Shown here: piece after piece, positions 9,435 through 18,386 of the stretch
Layout: the number at the start of each line of letters is the position of its first letter
Position numbering within the stretch: the first letter of the stretch is position 1
Assembly: GCA_020072645.1 (NCBI GenBank)
Contig: JAIQGK010000013.1
Location: forward strand, 89,809-153,808
From: Terriglobia bacterium
GTDB taxonomy: Bacteria; Acidobacteriota; Terriglobia; Terriglobales; Acidobacteriaceae
Direction of reading: 5' to 3'
Length of the DNA: 64,000 nt
Notes under the pieces: generated by a model
Databases searched by the model: none
What the model was told of the DNA's origin: nothing
Seen by the model: only the letters and a program-made list of their open reading frames with translations
Position numbers and translations under genes: made by a program

Positions 9435-10936
9435 ACCGGCAATCCTGCCACGGGCTCAAATTTGGCTTTGGGCAGCGGCCCGGTAATTTCGCGGCAGAAG
9501 TGCAGATCAGGGATCATCTTCTGCGGGTTCAGGATCGACTCCGGATTGAAGGCATTGCGCAGCCGCACCATGACCTCAAGATCGTCCTCGGTAAACATCG
9601 CCGTCATCAAACTCATTTTTTCCAGACCCACGCCGTGCTCGCCAGTAATCGATCCGCCAAACTTCAGGCAGCACGCCATGATTTCCTTAGCGGCCTTGCG
9701 GCTGTTTTCCGTCTGCCTGGGATCGCGGCTATCAAACAGGATCAGCGGATGAAGGTTGCCGTCGCCCGCATGAAACACGTTTCCGATAACCAGCCCGTAA
9801 TGTTTGCTGATGCGTTCGATCTCGGCCAGCGTGTACGGGACCTTGGTGCGGGGAATCACGCCATCCTGCGTGTAATAAGAAGGTGAAACGCGACCCACGG
9901 CGCCAAACGCGGTTTTGCGTCCCAGCCATAAGAGCTGGCGCTGTTTCTCGTCTTTGGCGTGGCGCACTTCGCGGGCCTTCTGCTGCATGCAAACAGCGCT
10001 TACCGCCTCGGCTTGCTCGTTCACTGTTTCGCGCATGCCCTCAAGCTCAATCAGCAACACCGCCGCTGCGTCCTCCGGATATCCGGCGTGGACGTTGGCT
10101 TCAACGCAACGCACCATCCAGCCATCCAGCATTTCCAGCGCCGCCGGTGTTACTCCGCTTTGCGTGATCGCGACAACCGTATTAGCGGCGTCTTCCACAG
10201 TGTTATAAATCGCCAGCAGCGTCGTCACGTGCTCCGGCAGCTTGGTCAGCTTCACGGTGATTCGGGTAACCACGCCCATGGTGCCTTCCGAGCCCACAAA
10301 AAATCCTGTGAGGTCGAGCCCCGTAGAGTCCTGTGCTTTGCCACCCAGCTCAATCACTTTTCCGTCCGGGAGCACCACTTCGAGTCCCGTGACGTGATTC
10401 ACCGTCACGCCCAGCGCCAAGGTATGCGGGCCGCCGGAATTTTCCGCCACGTTGCCGCCGATGGTGCATGCTTTCTGGCTGGAAGGATCAGGCGCATAGT
10501 AATAGCCGAATTTTGTGGTCGCGTTGCTCAGTTCCAGGTTCACCACGCCCGGCTGGACCACGGCGCGCTGGTTCGGAACGTCAATTTCCAGGATCTTGTT
10601 CATCCGCGCCAGTGAAAGCACAATCGCCTCGCGCCGCGCGATGGCGCCGCCGCTTAGTCCCGTGCCCGCGCCTCGCGGAACCACGGGAATCTTCTTGTCG
10701 CTCGCCAGCTTCATCACCTGCGACACCTGCTGCGTGGTTTGGGCAAACACCACCGCGCCGGGCCGGTGCTTGTCCACGCCCGCGTCATACTCATAGAGCA
10801 TCAGCTCTTCCGGGCGGTCCAATACCGCATCTTTGCCTGCAATTTTCCTGAGTTGGCGGATGATCGAGGAGTCCATAGATTCGTTGGCCTCTGCTGGTTC
10901 TGTGCTGCTGGTTCTCGCCTTTGCCTGATTGCTCAA
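9431..10936 (-). CDS. glcD: glycolate oxidase subunit GlcD (FAD-linked oxidase)
   Basis: 501 aa, FAD-linked oxidase: AVVFAQTTQQVSQVMKLASDKKIPVVPRGAGTGLSGG ... GGSITGEHGVGLEK. Confidence 0.9.
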   Translation of the reverse strand: MSNQAKARTSSTEPAEANESMDSSIIRQLRKIAGKDAVLDRPEELMLYEYDAGVDKHRPGAVVFAQTTQQVSQVMKLASDKKIPVVPRGAGTGLSGGAIARREAIVLSLARMNKILEIDVPNQRAVVQPGVVNLELSNATTKFGYYYAPDPSSQKACTIGGNVAENSGGPHTLALGVTVNHVTGLEVVLPDGKVIELGGKAQDSTGLDLTGFFVGSEGTMGVVTRITVKLTKLPEHVTTLLAIYNTVEDAANTVVAITQSGVTPAALEMLDGWMVRCVEANVHAGYPEDAAAVLLIELEGMRETVNEQAEAVSAVCMQQKAREVRHAKDEKQRQLLWLGRKTAFGAVGRVSPSYYTQDGVIPRTKVPYTLAEIERISKHYGLVIGNVFHAGDGNLHPLILFDSRDPRQTENSRKAAKEIMACCLKFGGSITGEHGVGLEKMSLMTAMFTEDDLEVMVRLRNAFNPESILNPQKMIPDLHFCREITGPLPKAKFEPVAGLPV

Positions 10937-11082
10937 ATTGTAAACCTTCTCGAGCTTCTTGGCCTTGCCACGGGCAAGCGCTGCCCGTCTTCGGGACCTT
11001 CGCGTAAATAGTACGAAGGCGAACCAAACAGAAGCGAATTCTCCATTCTTGAATCAGTGTTATCAGTGGTAAGTCTTCTTTC

Positions 11083-11281
11083 CGATCCGTGAAAATCCGC
11101 GCTCATCCGCGGTAAGTCCTTTCTTTTCCGATCCCGGCGATGTCGGCGATTACGTGCGATTCCGTCGATTAGGCGCGCTACGCACGCCCACCCTCCCCCT
11201 ATGTACACTCAATTCCACCCAAGAATCGGCAGAGGGTCGCACCCCAAAATGACAAAACGCAACGGCGGTTACCGTTGCGTC
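11083..11281. repeat. composite intergenic repeat, family A, copy 1
   Basis: Shares blocks with 30696-31000: ttttccgatc(c/a)cg..gatgtcggcgat(t/c)acg, a ccctcccc C-tract block, and ggcagagggtc.ca.ccc...acaaaacgcaacgg-loop-ccgttgcg. It starts with a triplet of 10-nt phased atccg(t/c)g units (11085, 11095, 11105). Confidence 0.8.
11250..11279 (-). terminator. terminator-like hairpin inside repeat A copy 1
   Basis: On the minus strand, cgcaacgg-taaccg-ccgttgcg is followed by ttttgtca. The identical 8-bp stem recurs at 30978-30998. Confidence 0.55.
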
Positions 11282-11360
11282 TTGTCACTGGAGTTCGCGG
11301 ATATACCGCTAGAGCACTTTCGATTATAGCAAAATAAATACGAAAGTCGAGATCTTTAAT

Positions 11361-11585
11361 TTAGAGTCCCAGCGTCACGTACTGTGCCCGCTGCCATAGC
11401 CTGTGGCCGGCATGGTGCCACTTCGCCTGAAAAAGCGCGCTCAGTGCGTGAAAGAAGTGATGGGCCGCTGTCTGCGTCTTGTTCAGCGCCAGCCTGGGAG
11501 ATTTGGAATCCGCGCACATCCATGAATCATGCGTTGCCGGATCAAGTCCAAGTTTCTCGATGGTTTTGCAGATTTCGCATTTCAT
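11361..11585 (-). CDS. hypothetical small protein (74 aa)
   Basis: An ORF with moderately protein-like composition (MKCEICKTIEKLGLDPATHDSWMC...), followed on the same strand by the hairpin at 11250-11279. No recognisable domain. Confidence 0.35.
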   Translation of the reverse strand: MKCEICKTIEKLGLDPATHDSWMCADSKSPRLALNKTQTAAHHFFHALSALFQAKWHHAGHRLWQRAQYVTLGL

Positions 11586-11775
11586 GGCTTTTGCTCTCCT
11601 AGGTAGGAACCCTTAAGGCCCAAAAGAGTTGTGCAGCTCTGGATTTTTTCTCCCTCTGCTTTACGTAAGATTCTCTACTTCACAAAAAGTTACAGACGAG
11701 GCTCCAGTAGCCTTAACCCCCTGCGTCAGTTGCATGAGGGTATTGTTTCGAGAGAAAAGACAGCCTCAAGGAGTT

Positions 11776-11808
11776 CTTATCAGCGGGTCTGCAGCGGACC
11801 TGCTCCGC
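11776..11808. repeat. short repeat family G, copy 1
   Basis: ttatcagcgggtctgcagcggacctgctccgc resembles ttatcagctttaccgcaggtctaaagacctgctccac at 57729-57768. Confidence 0.55.
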
Positions 11809-11823
11809 ATCTTTACTGCAATC

Positions 11824-11892
11824 CATTCGCGTTGATTCGCGTGATCGCGGCTAACTTTGTTTTTTATCTGCGTGCATTTGCGCAGATCTGCG
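11824..11892. repeat. phased-heptamer array (family B): two triplets
   Basis: attcgcg at 11825 and 11835 plus at-cgcg at 11844, then a T-rich spacer, then atctgcg/atttgcg/atctgcg at 11866, 11876 and 11886. Periods are 9-10 nt. The array begins ~10 nt 3' of the MBL gene stop. Confidence 0.8.
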
Positions 11893-11902
11893 GCGAAATG
11901 TT

Positions 11903-12655
11903 TTACCCGCACTGCATCTCTTCACCATCATCAGGGATGATCACCCGCACGCCCGCGCTCTCCGCCTTCTTGGCCAGTTCTTCCCGCGTGAGCAAGCAGT
12001 GATTGATGGCTTCCATGTGGACTGCGATCACCTGCGCACGCGGCGCTGCCCGGCAGACGCGGACAACGTCTCCGGCTGTCATGGTAATGGGATCGCCATG
12101 CAGAAACTGCGCTGCGCCGGCATTCGCCACAATCACCTGGGGGCTGAATTGTTTGATCGTCTCTGCCACCTGGTCATACCAGATGGTGTCGCCGGTGATG
12201 TAAAGCGTAGGCTCGCCTGCGCTGGTGAGCACGTATCCACTGGAAGGCGCCATGGCACGCGCAATCTCTCCCGATCCATGCTGCGCCGGCGTGCGCGTAA
12301 TGCAGATGTGGCTCCAGTGCTTCATATCATGCACCGGCGAGGCATTCACAAAATGCACTGCTTCCATCTTGTGCATGTCCTCCGGCTGGCACAGCAGCGG
12401 CAGGTCTTTGGGCACAAGCTGGATCGCCGCATCGTCCCAGTGGTCGCGATGCGTATGCGTTACCAGCACCAGTTGCACGCCATCAAGGACTTGTTCGACG
12501 GGAAACGGCAGCGGCACCAGCGGATTCGGCCGCGGCTGCGGCGAATTCTGAATGGCCGCCATGGCTCCCGCTTCGCTCAGCATCGGATCAACCAGGACCT
12601 TCATCCCCGCATAATCCAGCAATAGCGTGGCATGGCGGACGAGTTGCAACTTCAT
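11903..12655 (-). CDS. MBL-fold metallo-hydrolase
   Basis: 250 aa with an HxHxDH motif (LVTHTHRDHWDD) and downstream His/Asp ligand positions. Confidence 0.85.
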   Translation of the reverse strand: MKLQLVRHATLLLDYAGMKVLVDPMLSEAGAMAAIQNSPQPRPNPLVPLPFPVEQVLDGVQLVLVTHTHRDHWDDAAIQLVPKDLPLLCQPEDMHKMEAVHFVNASPVHDMKHWSHICITRTPAQHGSGEIARAMAPSSGYVLTSAGEPTLYITGDTIWYDQVAETIKQFSPQVIVANAGAAQFLHGDPITMTAGDVVRVCRAAPRAQVIAVHMEAINHCLLTREELAKKAESAGVRVIIPDDGEEMQCG

Positions 12656-13603
12656 CTAATTCACCGCCTGATTGCTGAAGCGCTTGCCGTAGCCGCTCAG
12701 CTCATAAATTTTCTGCGGATCGCGCATTTCAATAATCATTCTCAGGGCCGTGCTCTTGTCTTTAGCTGACTCATACAGCGCCTGGGAAATCTTATATCCC
12801 ACGTAATAGCCCAGGTCGGGCGGGAACTTGAGGCCTTCTTTTCCGCCGTTGTAGAGCCAATCATCCAGATTCTCATTCCGGCTGATGTCCCGCTGAAACT
12901 TGATCCAGAGCTGTTCCTCGTGCGAATCTCCGTAAACCTTGATGCGCGCGTCGAGGTTGTGGCCGCTCACCAGTTCGGCCACAAAATCAGCTGTGCCCTC
13001 GCGCATGCATTTGGCCAACAGGTCGTTATCGGGATGCTTCTGCTGATAATGCGCGAGTTCGTGCATCACCAACCCCACGCCATCGAGTTCGATGGAATAT
13101 GGATTTTCGCCGGACAACATCTCCGCCCCGATGATCAGTCCATGCCTGCTCTGCGTCCCTCCTGTACTCAGGGCCCCGATTACGAAATAAACCGGCGGAA
13201 AGATGGCATCCGGATAAAGCTGCTTCAGCTTGACAAAGTTCCCTCGGATCTCCGGCAGCAGGCCTTGGATCTTGGCATTGTTGCGCCGCGCACTTTCGTA
13301 AGCGGGCTGGTATTTCAGCACGACCGCGCTCAAGTGCTTAGCGTTTTCGATCCTCCCAGCCATAAAGTCCTTCACGCCTTGTGAACCTTTATCGAGGTAT
13401 CCCGTCTGCAGCGCTTCGGGGAGCTTTGCTGGATCGCCTTTCAAATCATTTTTCCAATGGTCATAGGCTTTCCAGAAAAGCGTCACATCGTCGTCCGTGA
13501 TCAGGGTTTTCTCAGGATCGTGATTTTGGAAAGGGTTTGTGTCCGCGGGCGTCTGGGCGCACGCAACCGCACATGACAGAACTACAAAGCACAGCCAACG
13601 CAT
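12656..13603 (-). CDS. secreted putative Zn-dependent protease (DUF2268-like)
   Basis: 315 aa with a signal peptide (MRWLCFVVLSCAVACAQ) and an HExxH motif (MHELAHYQQ). The length and layout match DUF2268-type predicted metalloproteases (from memory). Confidence 0.7.
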   Translation of the reverse strand: MRWLCFVVLSCAVACAQTPADTNPFQNHDPEKTLITDDDVTLFWKAYDHWKNDLKGDPAKLPEALQTGYLDKGSQGVKDFMAGRIENAKHLSAVVLKYQPAYESARRNNAKIQGLLPEIRGNFVKLKQLYPDAIFPPVYFVIGALSTGGTQSRHGLIIGAEMLSGENPYSIELDGVGLVMHELAHYQQKHPDNDLLAKCMREGTADFVAELVSGHNLDARIKVYGDSHEEQLWIKFQRDISRNENLDDWLYNGGKEGLKFPPDLGYYVGYKISQALYESAKDKSTALRMIIEMRDPQKIYELSGYGKRFSNQAVN

Positions 13604-13629
13604 AGGATGTGTCTCCCTCCAGCCCAGGT

Positions 13630-14631
13630 CTACGTTGTAAAAATCTCCTTCGCCGCCAGTACGGTGTTGCAGTGGATCGTCACCGTATCTTCCACGTGCC
13701 GCGCATATCCGCCGGCATACGTCACCATCACCGGGACGTTATGCTCTTTGGCCACGCGCATCACCAACTCATCGCGCTTCTTCAACCCGTCGATGGTCAT
13801 TGCCAGCCCGCCAAGCTGATCTTCTTTATATGGATCTGCGCCGGCCATGTAGCAGAGCAGCTCCGGCGAAAAATGCCGGAACGCCGAGCTTAGCGACTGA
13901 TCGAGCCAGCCCAGATATTCGTCATCGTTCGTCCCATCGGGCAAATTAATGTCAATCGACGACGGCGGCTTCACCACCGGATAGTTGTGCGCCTGGTGCA
14001 GCGAGATCGTAAACACATCCAGCTCGCCCACGGGATGAGCAAAGTGGTCTTCGTGCTTTGTATGAATGTCGCGGCTGCTTGCGCTGGCGCTCGGCAGCGG
14101 ATGGCCGGGCCTGATCTTGGGGGGAAAAATTACCGCCGTGCCATTGCCGTTATGCACGTCGCAATCGACGGTCATCGCGCGATCGATCTTGCCTTCCTGG
14201 TGCATGCGCTTGATGGCGACAGCCACATCGTGGATCACGCAGAAGCCCTCGCCGTGGTCCGGCATGGCGTGATGAAATCCTCCGCCAATGTTGCACGCGA
14301 CGCCGTCGCGCAGCGCCATGTCCGCCGCCAGGATCGATCCGCCCGCGGCCAGCCAGAACGCCTTCACCAGCTCCGGCGAGTACGGCACCTCCATCTGCAA
14401 CTCTTCCTGGGCTGAGAGCGTGCCGGTCTTCAGCTTGTGCACGTATTCTCGCGTATGCACCAGCAGAATATCTTCATCATGCGCCGGCTTGGGCGTGATG
14501 AAATCTCCCGGCTCGGCCACGCCGCTCTCCAGCAGCCGCTTATGGATCATCCGGTATTTTTCCGCCGGGAAAACATGCGCGCCGATGGGCAGATAGTAGT
14601 CGTCGGTATAAATCAGTTTGAAAGGAAGCAT
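13630..14631 (-). CDS. histone deacetylase-family (acetoin utilisation/deacetylase) protein
   Basis: 333 aa with GGGFHHAMPDHGEGFCVIHDVAVAI and later DVHNGNGT and GADPY, the canonical HDAC/arginase-fold catalytic strings. Confidence 0.85.
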   Translation of the reverse strand: MLPFKLIYTDDYYLPIGAHVFPAEKYRMIHKRLLESGVAEPGDFITPKPAHDEDILLVHTREYVHKLKTGTLSAQEELQMEVPYSPELVKAFWLAAGGSILAADMALRDGVACNIGGGFHHAMPDHGEGFCVIHDVAVAIKRMHQEGKIDRAMTVDCDVHNGNGTAVIFPPKIRPGHPLPSASASSRDIHTKHEDHFAHPVGELDVFTISLHQAHNYPVVKPPSSIDINLPDGTNDDEYLGWLDQSLSSAFRHFSPELLCYMAGADPYKEDQLGGLAMTIDGLKKRDELVMRVAKEHNVPVMVTYAGGYARHVEDTVTIHCNTVLAAKEIFTT

Positions 14632-14758
14632 CGCCGATAAGGGTATCCTTTCGCACCTTCGCTATGCAAAGCCCGCATGCGCACGGCCCGTCTCTGGTGG
14701 CAATTTGCTGCGCGGAGTCGTACCATTTCAGATCGCAATTTTGCGAGGGGAGGTTCCC

Positions 14759-15271
14759 ATGGTCTTCGGCATGTCTCTGGCAACCTACACGTTGATCCAC
14801 GTCGTCATCAGCCTGATTGGCATCGTCTCCGGCCTGATTGTTTTGTTCGGGATGTTCGGCGCCAAGCGGCTTGACGGCATGACCGCGCTCTTTCTTGCGA
14901 CCACTGCCCTGACCAGCCTGACCGGCTTCGGATTTCCGTTTGAACACGTGACGCCCGGCATCATCCTTGGGATTCTGTCCCTGATAGTCCTTGCTATCAC
15001 GATCCCTGCGCGTTATTCATTTCACATGGCGGGTAAATGGCGGGCGCTCTACGTGATCACCGCTGTGATCGCTCTGTACTTTAATTGCTTCGTGCTGATC
15101 GCGCAGAGCTTCCTGAAGATCCCGTCACTCCACGCGCTCGCGCCAAATGGAAATGAGCCTCCGTTTGCGATTGCCCAGGGCATTCTGCTGGTGCTCTTCA
15201 TTGTGGCGGGAACTCTGGCGGTTAAGAAGTTTCGTCTTGGCACGGCGGCGAGCGTAGCCCGCGCGGCCTAG
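14759..15271 (+). CDS. hypothetical integral membrane protein (about 5 TM)
   Basis: The track ORF 14618..15271 is trimmed to the ATG at 14759, which is preceded by gaggggagg. The hydrophobic helices begin immediately (MVFGMSLATYTLIHVVISLIGIVSGLIVLFGMF...). Confidence 0.65.
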   Translation: MVFGMSLATYTLIHVVISLIGIVSGLIVLFGMFGAKRLDGMTALFLATTALTSLTGFGFPFEHVTPGIILGILSLIVLAITIPARYSFHMAGKWRALYVITAVIALYFNCFVLIAQSFLKIPSLHALAPNGNEPPFAIAQGILLVLFIVAGTLAVKKFRLGTAASVARAA

Positions 15272-15391
15272 GGCATGAAATCGTGAGCCGGTAGGCGGCT
15301 CCATCGAATCTAAATTAAAGTGCGCGAACATTAGGACAATCATGTTCGTGCCCGGCCAACGGCCGCAAGCCAAATCCCTAAGGATTGAGAG

Positions 15392-15661
15392 ATGTGCAGA
15401 AACATCAAAACGCTTTTTAACTTTGATCCGCCAGTGACTAAGGAAGAAGTGCAGGCAGCTTCGCTTCAGTTCGTAAGAAAGATCACCGGCTTTAACAAGC
15501 CGTCCAAGGCCAATGAGGCGGCGTTTCAAACAGCGATTGATGAAATCGCCGCTATCTCAAACCGGCTGCTGCGCTCTTTGGAAACCACCGCGCCGCCCAA
15601 GAACCGGGAAGAAGAGGCCGCTAAAGCACGCGCGCGTGCGGCCGAAAGATTCGGCACGTAA
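15392..15661 (+). CDS. DUF2277-like small protein
   Basis: 89 aa. MCRNIKTLFNFDPPVTKEEVQAASLQFVRKITGFNKPSKANEAAF matches my memory of the conserved DUF2277 N-terminus. Confidence 0.7.
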   Translation: MCRNIKTLFNFDPPVTKEEVQAASLQFVRKITGFNKPSKANEAAFQTAIDEIAAISNRLLRSLETTAPPKNREEEAAKARARAAERFGT

Positions 15662-15772
15662 ATCCCAGAACTGTCACTTTTGCTGCTGGGACGCGTAACA
15701 ATTCGCCCTGCCACAGGCGCTCGCGCGCATGAACAAATGCAAACCCAGCAGATGCAAAACTGTTCCTGCCGT

Positions 15773-16948
15773 TTATTTTTTAGCTATTACCACAATGTCC
15801 GTGGGCGCATTCAAGTTTCCAGAAAAGGGCGAGCCGCTCAGTGGAGAAAGCATGCCGGTTGAAGAATTCACGGCGTAGGCAGACACGGTGTTATCAGCTT
15901 TGTTGACCGCAAACAAAAACTGCCCTGCGGGATCAAGCGCCACGCCAAATGGATGCTGGCCGGCCGGAACATCTGCAATCGAAGAGAGCGCGCCATTTGT
16001 TATTTTGAACGCGGACACGGTTCCGGCCTGCACGTTCGTCGCGTAAACGAACTGATCATTGGGATGGACCGCCAGCCGCAACGGATTATTGTGGCAGGAA
16101 ACAGAGCAAGCGGGCGCGGCAGCGGGCAGCGCGGAAACCGGCGTCAAAGCCCCTGTGGCAGTGATGTTGAATGGGACAATGGATTGGGCCATGTGATCGC
16201 CAACAAACAGGAATTTTCCCGCGGGATCGGCGGCGAGTCCGATTGCAGACGCAAAGCCTGCGGTGCTTGAGGTCGGAAATGGAGAGCCGGCAACGGAGGT
16301 TAAAGCGCCGTTGGCTCCAATCTGGAACGCGGAGACAGTGTTGAGATCAGAGATTGAAGAATCAGGGAAATTGTTGGCGAACAATACCGTCCCCGCTACA
16401 TTCACAGCCAGTCCATAGGGATTGCCGACGGTGAACGGTGATCCTGCAACAGGAGCCAGCGAGCCGTTTGCACCGATGCTGAAAGCGGAAATGCTGTCCG
16501 CCGCCTGGTTCGCTACAAAAACAAATTTTCCCGCTGGATCAACGGCAATCCCAATGGGTCGTGCGCCGGTGGCAAACGGAGAGCCGGGCACAGCGGTAAG
16601 CTGGCCAGTGCCGGTACTTACTGAAAATGCTGAGACTGTGTTCGCATTCTGGTTGCTCACAAAGAGAAACTTATGCACTGAATCAAATGTGAGGAACTCT
16701 GCGCCGGCGCCCGCCGGAAACGGAGAACCGGCAATGAGTGAAAGAGCGCCGGAACTATCCATGGCCAATGCAGAAACAGAGCCGGAACCTGAATTGGTTA
16801 CAAAGGCAAAGCCGGCTGTGGCCATTGGCGGCGGATTTTTGCTGCCCATGCCGCATCCATTCAACAGCAGGACAATCGCAAGCAGATAGGGAAAGATCAA
16901 CCGTTGAGCAGGCTGGAAGGTGCGGGAACGGTGTTGCGATGAGAGCAT
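15773..16948 (-). CDS. lipoprotein, beta-propeller lactonase-family (YVTN/6-phosphogluconolactonase-like repeats)
   Basis: The track ORF is trimmed to the ATG at 16948, giving a lipobox-type signal (LLAIVLLLNGCG). Repeated blades of the type F(V/A)xNxxxxxVSAF....G.L follow. Confidence 0.75.
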   Translation of the reverse strand: MLSSQHRSRTFQPAQRLIFPYLLAIVLLLNGCGMGSKNPPPMATAGFAFVTNSGSGSVSALAMDSSGALSLIAGSPFPAGAGAEFLTFDSVHKFLFVSNQNANTVSAFSVSTGTGQLTAVPGSPFATGARPIGIAVDPAGKFVFVANQAADSISAFSIGANGSLAPVAGSPFTVGNPYGLAVNVAGTVLFANNFPDSSISDLNTVSAFQIGANGALTSVAGSPFPTSSTAGFASAIGLAADPAGKFLFVGDHMAQSIVPFNITATGALTPVSALPAAAPACSVSCHNNPLRLAVHPNDQFVYATNVQAGTVSAFKITNGALSSIADVPAGQHPFGVALDPAGQFLFAVNKADNTVSAYAVNSSTGMLSPLSGSPFSGNLNAPTDIVVIAKK

Positions 16949-17116
16949 GGCTTTCAGTCTCCCACCTGCAAGTATACGCGAAGCAAATTCAAGCAACGCG
17001 GCTTGCTGTTGTGTGGAGGACTGTAGCTGCGCGAAAATCGACCGTGTGCCCTTATCCCGCTGCGGAGTTAGTGTTGCCAACAACATAATTCATTTCGTCA
17101 GTCATTAAAACTAAAA

Positions 17117-17536
17117 ATGGAGTGGACCATGAAGGAAATCAGCGCATATCTCATCTTTAATGGAAACTGTCGCGAGGCAATGACGTTTTACCAGAAATGC
17201 CTTGGCTCTGAACTGCAACTGATAACGTTCGGCGATATGGGCGGCAATGTGCCACCGGATGCCAAAGACCGGATTGCCCACGCCAGAATCAGCAAGGGCG
17301 CCGCGGTTTTGCTGGCCTCAGACAATATGCCGGGAATGGCGTTCAACGCCGGCGATAACTATTTTGTTTGCATACAGTGTGAATCTGTACAGGAGGCAGA
17401 TAAATTGTTTGCTGCGCTCAGCGAAAAAGGCAAAACCATACAGCCGCCGCAGGAAACTCCCTGGGCCAAACGTTTTGCCATGTTCACGGACCAATTCGGG
17501 ACCAAGTGGATGTTGAATTGTGCGAAGGCACAATAA
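17117..17536 (+). CDS. VOC/PhnB-like (3-demethylubiquinone methyltransferase-fold) protein
   Basis: AYLIFNGNCREAMTFYQKCLG ... FGTKWML is typical of PhnB/YjdN-type VOC proteins. An alternative start is the ATG at 17129. Confidence 0.75.
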   Translation: MEWTMKEISAYLIFNGNCREAMTFYQKCLGSELQLITFGDMGGNVPPDAKDRIAHARISKGAAVLLASDNMPGMAFNAGDNYFVCIQCESVQEADKLFAALSEKGKTIQPPQETPWAKRFAMFTDQFGTKWMLNCAKAQ

Positions 17537-17605
17537 TGCTTCTTTGGAATCGCGTCCAATTAGGGCGCGATTCCGTGTTTCGCAGCGCGCAATGGCTTTT
17601 ACTGC

Positions 17606-18094
17606 TTACGGATTTGGGCGCGAAACGCTCAACGGATAAGAAGCAATTAGATACTCGGCCTGATCACTATCGATGGGGTCAAAATCGAAGATCCATTGGT
17701 CCGTATTAAAAGCCCGGACGCGGAAGTAATAGACCTTTCCTGCTTCAGCAGTGAAATGCGCAAGCGCTATTACTGATCCTGTGTTCGCGCACATATGGTG
17801 CTCGCCCGGTTCCACGGAGATTGAGAAATAGGAGTTGCGCTGATTGGCGCCAACCCAGGTTCCGTTCACCCCAATTTTTGTTTTAAAGCAACCTCCCAGG
17901 CAGCTTATCCGGCCAACATCCTGAATGAAGTAAACCCGCGCTTTTCCGGGTTCGGCTTGCGCGATCGCGTGTCTGGACTCATCCAGCTTAACTTTGAAGT
18001 TTGTATCTTTACGGCCGCAAGCTGCCGGGACAGGAGGCTCGTCCTGGACAAATGCGGATACGGCCAAAAACATCATGATGAGAGCGATTCTCAT
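17606..18094 (-). CDS. secreted hypothetical protein (DUF2846-like)
   Basis: 162 aa with a signal peptide (MRIALIMMFLAVSAFVQ). The pattern ARVYFIQD...KIGVNGTWVG...SYFSISVEPGEHHM...AGKVYYFRV resembles DUF2846. Confidence 0.55.
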   Translation of the reverse strand: MRIALIMMFLAVSAFVQDEPPVPAACGRKDTNFKVKLDESRHAIAQAEPGKARVYFIQDVGRISCLGGCFKTKIGVNGTWVGANQRNSYFSISVEPGEHHMCANTGSVIALAHFTAEAGKVYYFRVRAFNTDQWIFDFDPIDSDQAEYLIASYPLSVSRPNP

Positions 18095-18386
18095 AACTCC
18101 TCCGATCCGACGTTTTCAATTCAACTGCGAACAGGTCCCCTGAGCCTTTATAGTCAGGCTGATATGGAAGATGATAGAAGAGCAGGCACTCTGAAAGAAC
18201 CAAAGTTTTACAAAGTACGGCAAAGATTAGTCAACGCGACGATGAAAGAGGCCATGATTCCACATCTGCGAATACGAGGCTTCTCTGTTAAAATCTATAA
18301 GTAACAGAAACTTTCCCGTCTAGATTTCCCAGGATCATTTTTTTAGTCTGTGAAAAATTGTTACGGGCGAGGAGTGTGCATTTCCA

